Positions 1 through 12,624 of a DNA stretch of 64,000 nt are shown here, piece by piece. Made by a program: the position numbers and the translations under genes. Position 1 is the stretch's first letter, and every line of letters begins with the position of its first letter. The notes beneath the pieces are model-generated. The model saw only the letters and a program-made list of their open reading frames with translations, searched no databases and was not told the DNA's origin. The DNA is from Camelus ferus (Eukaryota). Where the stretch lies: assembly GCF_009834535.1 (NCBI RefSeq), contig NC_045697.1, positions 84,446,001 to 84,510,000 of the forward strand, in the 5' to 3' direction.

Positions 1-271
1 ACATAGTTCACCTCATTTAAATCATCCCACAATTCAGTGAGGTAGATTTCTTTCTATTTTATAAATGAGGAAATAGATTCATAAGGCTCAGGAATTTTTT
101 TTCTAGGTGGTTCTAAGAGATGGGTCTCTAACCATATTATTGCTTTTATAAGCATCAATTACCATCACACTTAAAATCAAATGGCAAGAGAAGCATGAAT
201 ATTAGTAGGATATTTGACTGCAACCAGTCTAGAAACATAATCAAGATTTAATATAAATATAAGATGTAATA

Positions 272-428
272 TGAAAACAAATATATGTATGTGTATGCAT
301 GACTGGGACTTTGCACTGTACACCAGAAATTGACACATTGTAACTGACTGTACTTAAATTTAAAAAATTGAATGTGGCATTTGGTAGGTTTTAATATAAA
401 TCAATAGAAGTAGTGAAAGTTAAAAAAA
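272..428 (+). mobile_element. Short 5'-truncated camelid-type L1 3' end plus about 54 bp of non-L1 sequence and an A-tail
   Basis: 272-367 matches the 3' terminus of the L1 at about 3260-3350 (TATATGTATG..GCATGACTG..CTGTACAC..AACTG..GTACTT). The 11-bp direct repeat AAGATGTAATA sits at 261-271 and 427-437. Confidence 0.75.
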
Positions 429-944
429 GATGTAATAGAACAACAGTTTGCATAGCCCTTGTTTTGTTCCAATTAACTCCTCACTCCAAATAAATCCTAT
501 TATCAAATATAGCCCAGCATATCCTCCTTAAACTTTACCTCCTCCACCAAATTCCTGAACTATGTATGTGCCAATAATGTATGAAAGAGGAGCAAAAAGC
601 ACCTAGCACTGTATCATGATGTTAGTGCTTGCTAAGGTTTGGTTGAATAAAAGTTAACAAAACATAATCTGAAATGCAAGTCTGATACCATTTCCAAAGT
701 TACAGCCTGACTTAAAAAAATCAGCTACTGACTGAACAAGCTGGTATAGAACTCCTTTTTGCAAAAAGGATGAAAACACATCATGAATTTGAAACACAGA
801 ATAGCAAAAAATCTCCTGACTGAAAAATTTTAAAGCTACAGAATAAAAATTATTTATATATGGAAGAGTGTTGTGCTCTCAAATTTTTAATTTGCTTTTG
901 ATACTTGGAGGGCTATATTTTATACATGATCCCCAATCACCATT

Positions 945-1466
945 TGAAATAGACATTTCTGCTGCCTACCAGCAGTCATTTCTTCCTTTCTTCCAATAAT
1001 ACCCAGACTTTATTCAAGTATCTCCCCCTTCCCCACACATCCCATGGGCCTCAGGAGAACCTGACCTCATCACTCCAGGTGAGCTCTGGTGGATGACTCG
1101 GGTGTATCTAAAGCTAACCCCATCTCTAGAGCAAATGATGGGTGCAGGCGATGACATGTGACCCAACTGATGTGAAAAGAGGTTTTCAAGGGGCATCTGA
1201 GAAAGACTTATCAACACAATTCTCAGAGTAACACTCTCTCTCTAGACATGGTCATGATTCTTCTGCTATTATTTTGCTATTAACCTGAAAATGAAGCTTC
1301 TATTTAGAGAAGGTAAAAGAACTCTAGCAGGTGTCTGGATTGTGAACTTTTGGGCCTTTCCTCCTTCTCTTCTTCCAGCTAACTAGGCCAATACATATCT
1401 GCCTGTTTAAGCTAGTTTAAGTGCAGTTTTCTGTTATTTGTTGTTAAAAGTATTCTAACCTATGCA
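945..1466 (+). mobile_element. MaLR solo LTR (MLT1J/MLT1I-like)
   Basis: Begins GCTGCCTACCAGCAGTCATTTCTTCC..CCCAGACTTTATTCAAG, contains CATGTGACCCAA, and ends TTTTCTGTTATTTGTTGTTAAAAGTATTCTAACCTATGCA, as in old MLT1 LTRs. Confidence 0.65.
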
Positions 1467-1788
1467 ATATCAACATATAATTCTAGTGTTGTGACAATAA
1501 AACAAGTAAAATATATAGTTCTTGCTCATAGTGTGAAAATGGTAAGACTTATGCAAACCCAGAGTTCTATATTTAGGAGCCTGCCAAGCCAAATAAACAC
1601 CTGCTAAAGACTACAATAGTTTAAAAACTTGCCAATTCAAATATATCTGTTCATCTGAAGTTATCAAGTTTCAGTTCCCTAACATTGTACATTGTGTGTT
1701 TTGTGAAATTACATGTTTCCTGTGATAGCAAGAAGCCCAAGAAATAGTCTACCTGGCAAAGGAAAATGAAAAGTGAAGATGGGTATAT

Positions 1789-3351
1789 CAGACAATACTA
1801 CAGAGCTACAGTAATCAAAACAGTGTGGTACTGGCATAAAAACAGACATATGGATCAATGGAACAGAATAGAGAGCCCAGAAATAAATCCACAAACCTAT
1901 GTTCAATTAATCTTTAACAAAGGAGGCAAGAATATACAATGGAGAAAAGACAGTCTCTTCAGCAAGTGGTGTTGGGAAAACTGGATAGCTGCATGTAAAT
2001 CAGTGAAGTTAGAACACTCCCTCACCCCATACACAAAAATAAACTCAAAATGGCTTAAAGACTTAGATATAAGACAAGACATAATAAATTTCCTAGAAGA
2101 AAACATAGGCCAAACAATCTCTAACATAAATCTTAGCAATGTTCTCCTAGGGCAGTCTACCCAGGCAATAGAAATAAGAGCAAAAATAAACAAATAGGAT
2201 CTAATTAAACTTATAAGCTTCTGCACAGCAGAGGAAACCATCAGCAAAAAAAAAAACAAAAACAAAAACAAAAAAAAAACACCAGAAAAAAAAAAAAAAA
2301 CCAGCAACCTACGGAATGGGAGAAAATATTTGTAAATGACGCAATTGACAAAGGCTTAATCTCCAGAACATATACAGCTCATATAACTTACTTAAAAAAA
2401 AAAAAACCAACACCCCAATCCAAAAATGGGCAGAGGACCTAAACAAGCAATTCTCTAGTGAAGACATATGAAAGGCCAATAGGCACAAGAAAAAATGCTC
2501 AATATCACTAATTATCAGAGAAATGCAAATAAAAACTACAATGAGGTATCACTTCACACCAGTCAGAATGGCCATCATTCAAAAGTCTATGAACGATAAA
2601 CGTTGGAGAGAGTGTGGAGAAAAGGGAACCCTCCTACACTGCTGGTGGGGATTTGTTTGGTGTAGCCACTACGGAAAACAGTATGGAGTTTCCTCAAAAA
2701 ACTAAAAATAGACCTACTGTATGATCCAGCAATCCCACTTCTGGGTATATATCTGAAGGGAACTCTAATTTGAAAAGACACTTGCACCCCAATATTCACA
2801 GCAGCACTATATACAATAGCCAAGACATGGAAAAAACCTAAATGTCCATTGACAGATGATTGGATAAAGAAGTTGTGGTATATTTATACAATAGAATACT
2901 ACTTACTTAAAAAATAAAATAATGCCATTTGCAGCAATATGGATGGACCTAGAGATCATCATTCTAAGTAAAGTAAACCAGAAAGAGAAAGAAAAATACC
3001 GTATGATATCACTCATATGTGGAATCTGAAAAAAAATAAAAGGACACTAATGAACTCATCTACAAAACAGAAACAGACTTGCATACATAGTAAACAATCT
3101 CATGGTTACCAGGGAAAGGGAGTGGGAAGGGATAAATCTGGGAATTTGAGATTTACAAATGTTAGCCACTATATATAAAAGCAGATTTTAAAAAAGTTTT
3201 TTGGTATAGCACAGGGAACTATGTTCAGTATCTTGTAATAACCTTTAATGAAAAAGAATATGAAAATGCATATATGTATGTATATGCATGACTGCGACAT
3301 TGTGCTGTACACTAGAAACAGACAAATTATAACTGTACTTCAGTTAAAAAA
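1789..3351 (+). mobile_element. 5'-truncated young LINE-1 (ORF2 C-terminus, 3'UTR, polyA)
   Basis: ORF 1766-2197 reads [31 protein letters not shown]...[10 protein letters not shown] (L1 ORF2p). Perfect 20-bp TSD AAAAGTGAAGATGGGTATAT at 1769-1788 and 3352-3371. Confidence 0.97.
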
Positions 3352-3959
3352 AAAAGTGAAGATGGGTATATAATTTATGTATGAATTGCTGTAGAACCTT
3401 TGCATATTTTAACACCACATGAAATGATTAGAATAAAAAACAAGTGACTTTTAAACTTCAACAAATTAAGAAAGGGCTATGAATTACTTTTTAGGCACAG
3501 TTAAAGAGAATCACTAAAATCAGAATCTTTAAAATTTGTTTCAAGTTGTAATGATTTTTTTTTACATTAAAAAGAACATTTGACCCTTGAATAAATGACA
3601 GCAATACATATAATTTTTAGAAAGCATTCCAAATTTAAATGATCACAGAACTATCAATATGGGATTTCAAATTGAGACTATCTCAAGCAATTAATCTAAA
3701 ATAAGGTGTCCATTTTGTTTACAGATCTAGCAGGGAAGCTTAATTGGCATCTATGAAACACCACTTCACTTACACTCAAATCTAAAAGAATGCTCGTGAC
3801 TTGAATAAATATGCTCACAAGTATAAAACAGGACCCAAATTTATCTTTAAGATTTAAATGATTTTATTAAGTGACTATTTATGGCCCATAATCAAATTAT
3901 TAACTATTTTAAAAAAGCATTTGTTTTTTACATAAAAAATATTATAAAGTTTGCTTATT

Positions 3960-4245
3960 TTCCTTCCCAACTAGCATTTATAGCACATTTATTTGGCATA
4001 AAGTAGTAAAAACGATCCAGCTCTTATGTAAACTGGAAGATTGATTGTGGAGTCCCAGAGAGTTCTTCATTTACTTTGTATTGATGTATTTTGCAAAAAA
4101 TCAGTAATTCTACTGTTTTTTCAAAATTAAGTAGCAAGATATTTGTTCTGTTGGTCAGAACTTGTTCATATATAATCACAGTATTGTCCCCATTTGATCT
4201 TATAGTAACTATTTTCCAATCTGTTCTTGGACTGGTGGTTTATTA
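3960..4245 (-). mobile_element. Fossil R4/Dong-clade non-LTR retrotransposon fragment (Mam_R4-like), endonuclease domain
   Basis: Minus-strand translation with one frameshift in GGGG (about 4188-4191) gives HQSKNRLENSYYKIKW/DNTVIIYEQVLTNRTNILLLNFEKT. This resembles the LEN..YK..WD..I.TD..V..NRPDI.L motif of R4/Dong restriction-like endonucleases. Confidence 0.6.
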
Positions 4246-4715
4246 TGTTAAGTATTTATTACTTTGTGTGAAATAGGTACAGTCTTTAAAAGAAATTAAC
4301 AAATATTTATTGAATGTAACTATGTGCAAAGTGTTATATTTAAATATTATTATTTTCCCTGTTGGACATAAAAATCCAGGTTAAGTCATATCACCTCATA
4401 AAGTGAAGACAGTATTCCAATTGCCTTATTTACAGTAAAGAAAATCTAATCACTAACTGTAAAGAAACTCTAGCTGCAAAACAAGTTAGTTAAAACGTGA
4501 ATGATGATAATCATATCCAACATTCACTGAATGTTGAATTTAGAAAATAAAATGTTTCCTAATGCCATTGAAATCTCTATTACCCTGCCTGCTCAAGTCT
4601 TTTGCCATTATCTAATAAAAATGTCTCTAGTCAGACAAACACATCCCTTGTATTAGTTCTTCTACAAAAGCTAACTGATTTAGAGCTTATAAAACTTGTT
4701 TTGTTGTTGTTTTAG

Positions 4716-4748
4716 GACTTGGGTCCAGGCAATGTTCTATACGAGAAG
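4716..4748 (+). other. Candidate 33-nt exon
   Basis: CTAAC branch-like motif at about 4671, acceptor TTGTTGTTGTTTTAG, donor AAG|GTAACT. All three frames are open (frame 0 DLGPGNVLYEK). No protein recognised. Confidence 0.2.
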
Positions 4749-5409
4749 GTAACTCATGTTTAGAAGAATAATTCTACTATTCATAGGATCCAGAAAGCTC
4801 CTCAACGTTTCTTCAAAATGTGTTCATCCATCCGTGTAATCATTAACAAAGGATTTTTTAATGCCCCCTATGTAAAATAAATTCTAATTATTTTTAAGTG
4901 CTTTGTGAAAATATACTACTGCTGGGAAGACAGCTATTAGGGCATTTACTTTCTGTTTATTTTTCAAGGAAATGTACCCCTCTGAGTTTGACTGGGATAT
5001 GTATTCCTAAAGTAAATATTGCTATTGATGGCTTCCTGTTTAATGTCAGGCTAGTTAAGTGACCCTAGATATCTTACAGTTGTATTAAAATTTCTTTTAC
5101 ATGGATTCCAATGTAATTGCTGTCATATTATTTGATATATAAAACCCAGCTAACTTCTATATTCAAACTCTTATATTTTATTCTTACATTTATTAAGAAA
5201 CAAATTACTTTACAAAAATAATAAAATTATTATTAAAAATAATATTATTTTAAATTAACAACAGTATGTCCATTTAGGCCAACATTTAACAAAGGTCACA
5301 ATTTTTAGACAAAAATTAAATTCACTATCCTGGCTTCCTGATTCTTGGGAAGTTATGTATTACTATTTTTTTTTTCTTATCTACAAAATTAAATTCTACT
5401 AAATCTGTG

Positions 5410-7280
5410 GAATTTCCTACATCTGGACCCACATCCTCTGCTTTTCCTGAAGAAGCATGGCTCCTATCACCACCACCACCCCCCAACTGTGTACTGGGTA
5501 CTGTTCCTCCATAACTTCTATGAGGCTAGGCTGATCTCTCTTCTGCATCATCCTGTCTTTCTGCACTAAATTATTCCCATCAGCTAAAAGCATGGGGAAT
5601 ATCTCCTGTCTCATTAGAAAGAATCCCTCTCTTGACTCCACATCCCATGCTAGCTCTGCTAGTTTCTCTGCTCCCTTTTATAGTAGAATTCCATACCTGT
5701 TTCTATTTTCTTCACTTCCTCATTCTCTGCCTGCATCTTTTACTTGAACCCACATATCTGACTCCATCACGCACTCTTTCTTGAACCTGCTGCAGTTAGG
5801 CTTTCTCCCATTTCAGCTCCATAGACCAGCACTTGTTAAGGTCACAGATGACCTCTGTTTTGCCACATTCAATATAAAATTCTCAGTCCTTGGAGCAGTG
5901 ACCACCCCTTCTCCACTTTTTTCACTTGGTTTCCAAGACACCACTCTGATCTCCCTTTATCCGCATCTCACTGGCTGCTTGTCTCTCTTAGATGCTGGAT
6001 CTGCCTCCTCTTCCTGCCTAGAATCCAGTCTTCAGCCCCTCTTTTTATTTCTTACTCATTTCCTCTGCAATCTTATCTCTGCACTGAAAACTTCCAAAAT
6101 TATATGCCCAGCCAATGTAGAAGACTGACTTTCATTTCTCATTGTGACCTACTGACAACTAGGAAAGATGATTCTGCAGCATCCCCCTTTTGTGATTCCA
6201 CATTCATTGCCTCATCCTTTCTACTATCCTTGGGACCAACTATGATGTTCACTTGTCCATTTGTATTTGACAAATACTTATTGAGCAATATGTGCCAGGT
6301 TCTATGCTATCTCATCCATAATCCAGGCTTCGATGGTTTCTGTTCTTTGCCCTCTTTTCTTTTTTGATCAGTTCTTCTTGCTCAATCTTATCCATTCCCA
6401 TTAGTTCAAGAATATTCTAATGATCCATCAAATATTTATCTCCAGCCCAGACATTCTCCCATATGCTGAAAACTCAAAATTCTACCAACTACATTTCTAT
6501 ACCTGGAACAAACACTTCAAATTCAACATTACAATTTAAATACAATTTTGTTAGTAATGCAAACAACACAAACAAATGCCTTCCTGCCCAAATAAGAGAT
6601 GAGTCATACTCAATTCCTCTTTTCCCCTCAGTTCACAGTGCCTTTCTAAGTATTTCTAAGGTCACCTTGTCTCTATTCCTACTAATAGTGCTGCATTATT
6701 TACTTGCCTTAACCATTTATTCTTATAAGGGTCTCTTGGCCTCTAGTCTTGTAGCCCTCCAATCCTTGACCCACATTACTGGAAGCATGGTCTGCTTAAA
6801 TTGAAATCTAAATATTTCACTTCTTTGAATAATATCTTTGATGGCTCTCCATCTCCTAAGGAATAAAGCTCATACCTTCATTCCTCATCAAGAACAGAAC
6901 CTTTTGAGTCTCATCAGGTCTTCTTCTGTAAAAACTCTATAGTTCTGGCCCCACAGAATGACTTGCAGACCCATGAAGCCAACATGCTCTTTCAGACCTC
7001 TTGGTGGCTGCATGTGTTCCCACATTTTGTGTGTCTGGGGAAGATGCACTCTTCCATCAAGATTCAGATCTATTTATACTATCTTTGAAGCTCCTTAAGC
7101 CTTAATGCCACTCAGAGATAGACATTCCCTCTTCTGAGTTATATTATCTTGTATAGATCTCTTCATTTTTTGCCATGTACTTCATGTAGTATAGTTATTT
7201 GTCTGTCTGTCTATTCCACTGTACACAGAAGTCTATGCAGTCAGAGACCTTATATAATTAATCTTATAATTTCAGCCTTT
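5410..7280 (+). mobile_element. Degenerate LINE-2 fragments (RT region and 3' part)
   Basis: ORF 5781-6128 reads LLQLGFLP..ALVKVTDDL..FSVL..SLGFQDTTL, matching the L2 RT motif LQSGF..TALVKVTNDL..FSVL..SLGFQDTTL. L2 3'-like text follows at 6420-7280. Confidence 0.8.
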
Positions 7281-7424
7281 TTATTACATGTTTTCTGAAG
7301 AAGAGGGAACAGCTGATGTGTACTATCCTTTTAATGAATATTTTTAAACTGCAAAAGTTTAGACAAGACATTTTTTCTAAAATATAGTAGCTATTTCCCT
7401 AATATTAGTTACTCACTTATGGTT

Positions 7425-8148
7425 TTTTTAATTGAAATATAATTCATGTATCATAAAACTCACCCTTTTAAAGGGTATGATTCAGTGTTTTTTACTATAT
7501 TCACAAAGTTGTGCAACCATCACCATCATATGATTCCAAAATATTTCTAATTCTAGAATATTTTCATTACTCCGAAAAGAAACTCTGATGCCATTCCCTG
7601 TTACTCTCTAACCCCATCCCCTCTCCAGACTAACTAATCTATTTTCCATTTCTATTCTGGCCATTTAATATAAATTGAATTATATAATATGTGGCCTTTT
7701 ATGTCTGGCTTCTTTCACTTAGCACAATGTTTTCAAGTTTCATCCAGGTTATATAGCATGTATCATTCCTTTTTTATGAGTGAATAATATTCCACCATAT
7801 GTATACACCATATTTTGTTTACCCATTCTTCAATTGATGGACAGTTGGGTTTTTCTATTTTTGGCTAGTGCTTCTGTTAACACTAATGTACAAGTGTTTG
7901 TGTGGGTGTATGTTTTCAATTCTCTGAGGTATATATAAGAAATGGGAATTGTTGAGTCACATGATAACTCTGTTTAACTGTTTAAGGAACTGACAAATTG
8001 TCTTCCAAAGTGACTGCACAATTTTACATTCCCATGATCTATGTATGAGGGTTCCAATTTCCCTACATCCTCATTAATACTTGTTATTGTCCATCTCTTT
8101 TTATTATAGCCTTCTTAATCAGTATGGAGTGGTAGTTCATTGTGGTTA
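7425..8148 (-). mobile_element. Old L1MB-type 3' end
   Basis: TTTTTAATTGAAATATAATTCA..TTGTGCAACCATCACC..TCTGGCTTCTTTCACTTAGCA..TTTTACATTCCC is the antisense L1M 3'UTR and ORF2 end. Confidence 0.85.
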
Positions 8149-10594
8149 TAAGGGTTTGATATCATCCTCTTGTAAAAGAGTTATAAAGGGTTTTACTCTA
8201 TCTCAAATCAGTAAACAAATTTTTTGTTTTATACTACTCTGAAATAAATGTGAGGTAAGCCTCTCAGAAGGCAGAGCTATCTTTTTCTTACCTAAACATC
8301 TTTAACGTTTCACAGGACTTATCATATTTTAAATTATTTATTATTCTTAAGATTCTTCCAAGATTCTCTCCTGTTTCCCAATTTTTATGGCAATATAAGG
8401 CCCCCAAGTAGAAAGCTCTTAATTAAGATTTGACATATGTTAATTTTGAGGGAAAAATACTTTCCATTTTCCTATTTATCTTACATGTAAACATTATATG
8501 ACAGTGTAGGGCTAAGGATTGAGATAACATATTTAATCTGGTGTCCTTTGTGACTCTTTAGATTTTTTTTCCTTGTTAGTTCTTAACTAGTCTTTCAGTC
8601 TTTCCTGATAACTAGCTATTACCTTGTTTTTGTCTGTAATTAACCCACCTATCTTAGTATTACTTGAAAACTGTCATAAACATACTATAAATTTCTTTCT
8701 GTTGCCTAACATGGTATTTAATATAGATGGTGGGTTTTAGAAATTGGATGCTTTATTTGAACATGTGGTAGGTGAAGTGACATTTGTTATAGTGGCTGTT
8801 TGTGTTTTCACACACACATTCCCTTGTTTGAGTCTTTCAAATGAGGTGACTGTGATTGTGGTCAGGATTCCAGTCTATATTTGAGGAGAGGATTATTTTA
8901 GTTTACACAAAAAAGTGGTGACAATGATTTGCCCAGATGGATTCTCCAAGCTGATAAGATAGGGCCAGATGCTGCAGGCCATTTTCTGCAGTGTTAGGGC
9001 TTTTGAGAGACTTCTGTTGACATGTCCAAATACATTCTGATGGGGTAGTTGCTCTGTTTTTCCCATGCTTATATAAATATTCATCCAATGATCTTATGTT
9101 CAGACACTAAGCATTTCTTAGTTTGTCTGTAGGCTTTTAGCTTAGTCACTGACTAAATGCTTCATTTGTTCATTCATTCACAATTTATTCACCCTGGATC
9201 CATAGTGGTGTGTCTATCGTTTTCATTATTATTAAAACATATGTCCTCAAAGACCTCTCTGACCTTTCTTTCAAGCTACCATGTGTTTATGTAGTTGTAC
9301 ATGGCATAATCCACCCATTCTATACAACTTTACCTTCTAAGCTTCTACCCTAGCTTAAATATTTTAACTTTACCCTCATCTGAGTGCACACTGGACATTC
9401 AGCTTAGTGTCACTTCACCTTTGCAAATATGCACAACTAAACATTAATCACCATGTTATTCATCTTACCAATTATACACAATTATTTTATTTTGTCCTAG
9501 GAGTCTAAAGTAATAAGCATTCATGTTTCTGTCTCTTAATATACAATGAGTAAAGAAAGGAAAGCAAATTATGCATGTAGAAGAATAATTCATACAACAT
9601 GATAATGCTTGGGAGTTACATTAGCTTAAATATATTTCATCAGTGATGGATAGTCAGGCTACATTTTTATCCACTAATGCATTTCGATTATAAAACATTT
9701 TATTTTGTGTCTTGCAATTTCTTTGTTACAACGACTTTTCCTAAAAGGGTTAATATTTTTAGTTGATTCTCAAGTTAAGATTGATATTGGCAAGCAGCCA
9801 GCTTCCCCAGTTCAAGTACATCTTTCTCACCAGTAAACTTTCTTGCTTTTGTTGTTTACATCTTTAAAGAAAATGCATTTAATTTGTGCCAGTGGGAGAT
9901 CTGATGAGCCATAAAAATTTGTTCTCTCTCTCCCTCCTCCCCCAAGGATAGTATGCTTATCTAACTAAAAATCTGAGGCAGATTTTCTTTCCTCAAATAT
10001 ATGAAAAGGAGAAACAGTGAATGCTATGTGTTCTAGCAAGTGGAACAAAAAGATGTGATGCCAGGCAGATATCCCTTTTATCATGCAGCTTATGTCATGA
10101 GGGGGTTTGTCACCATTGTAATTAGCATGTACCCTGTGGAGTCTGGAACCTACAGGTATGTCTGTAAATGGAGGGTCTTATCTAGAGTTCCCATAGATAC
10201 TGCATCATTTGTTTCAACTTGGATGTGCAATCAATCACATGCTCACAGTCCATAAACTTGAGCAGAGTGTAGCACTGGGTTTGGATGAGATGGTTTTATG
10301 ATTCCAGATCTTCTGTAATGTTTCAAATTTGCTTTTTACTAAATGATTCACCAAATACCATATTTTTAGAAAACTTTTTCTTTCAGTACAAGTTGCATTT
10401 ACTTTCTCAAAGGAAGAAGAGACATCTTCACTCCCAAGTAATAAATTTCAGTGCATTCCCAGGTCTTAGTCTATGTCTTATATCATCATATGACTTTCAA
10501 CAACTTCTGAATTCATAGATTTAAAGTTGTTCTGTCCCATTTTGTTGGCGTCATTGGTCAAATTATTATTATTAGAATGGTCTTAGAATCCTAA

Positions 10595-10725
10595 CTTTAG
10601 TAGCAGTACCGTGTAGGACAAGCCTGGATCTTGCAGACTGGATGCCTGGCTATGCTCTTACTCAGGCTATACAGCCATGTAAAGCTTCAGTTTTCCTATA
10701 TATAAAATGGATAATAATAAAATGG
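10595..10725 (+). mobile_element. MIR fragment
   Basis: MIR core-like GCTTCAGTTTTCCTATATATAAAATGGATAATAATA. Confidence 0.6.
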
Positions 10726-11300
10726 GAGAGTCTCCTTATCTGAGCAAGATTGATACTAAAAGAAAAACTTACTTAAAATGAATCGACTTCAAATATTCTA
10801 TATCACTTATAGCAAATTGTAAGAAGTTTGAAAATTCATCTTTATAAATTTAAGCTAAACTATATGAAAATGAATTCATCTTAATTCATAGTTAATATTG
10901 CAAAGATAAGTTATTTCTTGGCATAATAACGAATCAGGTAGTAATTTCTGACATAATTTTTTGGGATAAAATTATATGATAGCATGATATTAATTTTTAA
11001 CTTTAGATTTGGCTTTTATAACAGGATCATGATATTTTGATAAATCAGTTTTCTGAAGAACATCACCTGTTAAAAGTTTGCTGATTTTCTCATTTTCAGT
11101 TCACTCTTCTAAATTCTGCCAGATCCTCATTTGTTAATGTCTTTGCGATTTGAACAGTGTTCTAACATTTTTTTATCAACTTCCTCTCTTCCTCTTTTCT
11201 AAAATCTATAATTATACTGTGTTGTTGGTTTTTACCATGGTGCTGGATGTTTGATACAATTAAGAAACCGAGGGACAAAAACTTTGGCTCCTGTACTGTA
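10725..11300 (-). mobile_element. Possible ancient Tigger/pogo DNA-transposon relic
   Basis: Minus strand 11095-11200 reads, across frameshifts, EEVDKK../VRTLFKS../KTLTNEDLAEF. This is similar to the Tigger transposase C-terminal EVDE.DV.ELL.SH.EELTNE.L.EL. Tigger-terminus-like AGTCTCCTTATCTG lies at about 10729. Confidence 0.45.
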
Positions 11301-11309
11301 ACGATGGTA

Positions 11310-11550
11310 TTTAGAAGTGATGCTTGTCTGAGTGGGAATTCATCCTATAAGTGGTCAACTTATTAGTGAATATTTTGTATTACTGTGACTTACTTTCCTC
11401 TTACCTGGGACTCAGTAAATGAATACTGATATAAAATCTCCCCAACTCACCTGTATTATTGAGAAAACTAAATGTGGGACTGTATCTAAAACCCCTAGCA
11501 CAGTGTCTTGCATATATTAATCAAACCATACATATTAGTGATTGTTACTT
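11310..11550 (+). mobile_element. MIR fragment
   Basis: GAGAAAACTAAATG..GTATCTAAAACCCCTAGCACAGTGTCTTGCATAT resembles the MIR 3' half. Confidence 0.55.
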
Positions 11551-12288
11551 TTATCATTACTTTACCAACAGTCTCTAACAAAGACAGTTAACCATAAGCA
11601 GTAAGTCTTCCGGGTCCCACTAGGAGAATGGATGTAACCATCCAGCAACTCATAAACTTTAGGTTCATAGACACTACAGTGATCTAGGCCCACCCACTTC
11701 ACTTTTTTAATTCACCAGTTTAATAACTTCTACAAACCAACTAACAGAAAATACTTTTTTAGAAACTCTGTAGCCCAATCCATTCATGTTGTTTTTCTCT
11801 TCAAAGAGAAGACATAGAAAATACAGATAAAGAGTTTAGGACTCTCAGTCAGAGACTGAAAAGGAGAACAGTATTGGCTGAATCAGGGACTGAATGAGAG
11901 ACCAGGACAGTATGTCAGCTGCAATTTCTTTTAGAAAGTTTGCTTCCTTACTTTCCTCCATTTCTTTTTCCTTCAGTTTGCCTGCAGTCCTTTTTAAGCT
12001 AAGATAGAAATCAAAAGTAAAAGTAAGAGCCAATCATTATGATTTTTTTTGAGACTGTGGAGAAAAGAGCCAAAAATGAAGATAAATGGAGAGAGAACCC
12101 TGGCTGAGAGCACGCAGTGCCCAGTTCCTGGGCTTGCAGTCAAAATGACCTTGCTAACAAATTGACCTTATATAGGATAGTTACTGTTTCTTCAGCTCGG
12201 CCCCCACCCCCTTTCAATCCTTGCTTCCACTCCTAGTTTTATTTTTAAAATGTAGGTTATCAGATCGGTAGATGCTTTACTGTCTGGT

Positions 12289-12379
12289 CAGATGTTTCTC
12301 AAAATTAAAGTACTTAAAAATCCCCTGGGGATTTTGCTAAAATGCAGGTTCTGACTCAGGAGGTCTGGGGAAGGGGCCA
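12289..12379. mobile_element. Truncated MER5-type hAT-Charlie MITE
   Basis: GTTTCTCAAA..ATCCCCTGGGGATTTTGCTAAAATGCAGGTTCTGACTCAGGAGGTCTGGGG; the distal half is absent. Confidence 0.7.
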
Positions 12380-12620
12380 GGAGTTCAAGATTTGCAGATA
12401 CTAACTACTATATAAAAAATAGATAAACAACAAGTTCATACTGTATAGCACAGGGAACTATATTCAATATCTTGTAGAAATTTACGGTGAAAAAGAATAT
12501 GAAAACAAGTATATGTATGCTCATGTGTGACTGAAGCATTATGCTGTACACCAGAAATTGACACATTATAAACTGACTATATTTCAATTAAAAAAATATA
12601 TATATACAAGAAAAAATAGA
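12380..12620 (+). mobile_element. Young camelid-type L1 3' end
   Basis: GGAGTTCAAGATTTGCAGATAC..CTGTATAGCACAGGGAACTATATTCAATATCTTG..CTGTACACCAGAAATTGACAC and an A-rich tail; homologous to the other L1 ends in the window. Confidence 0.9.
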
Positions 12621-12624
12621 AAAC

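Noticed and set aside
8893..9088. Two overlapping minus-strand ORFs of about 60 aa in unique DNA
   Set aside because: No recognisable protein similarity and no convincing splice sites; the length is expected by chance.
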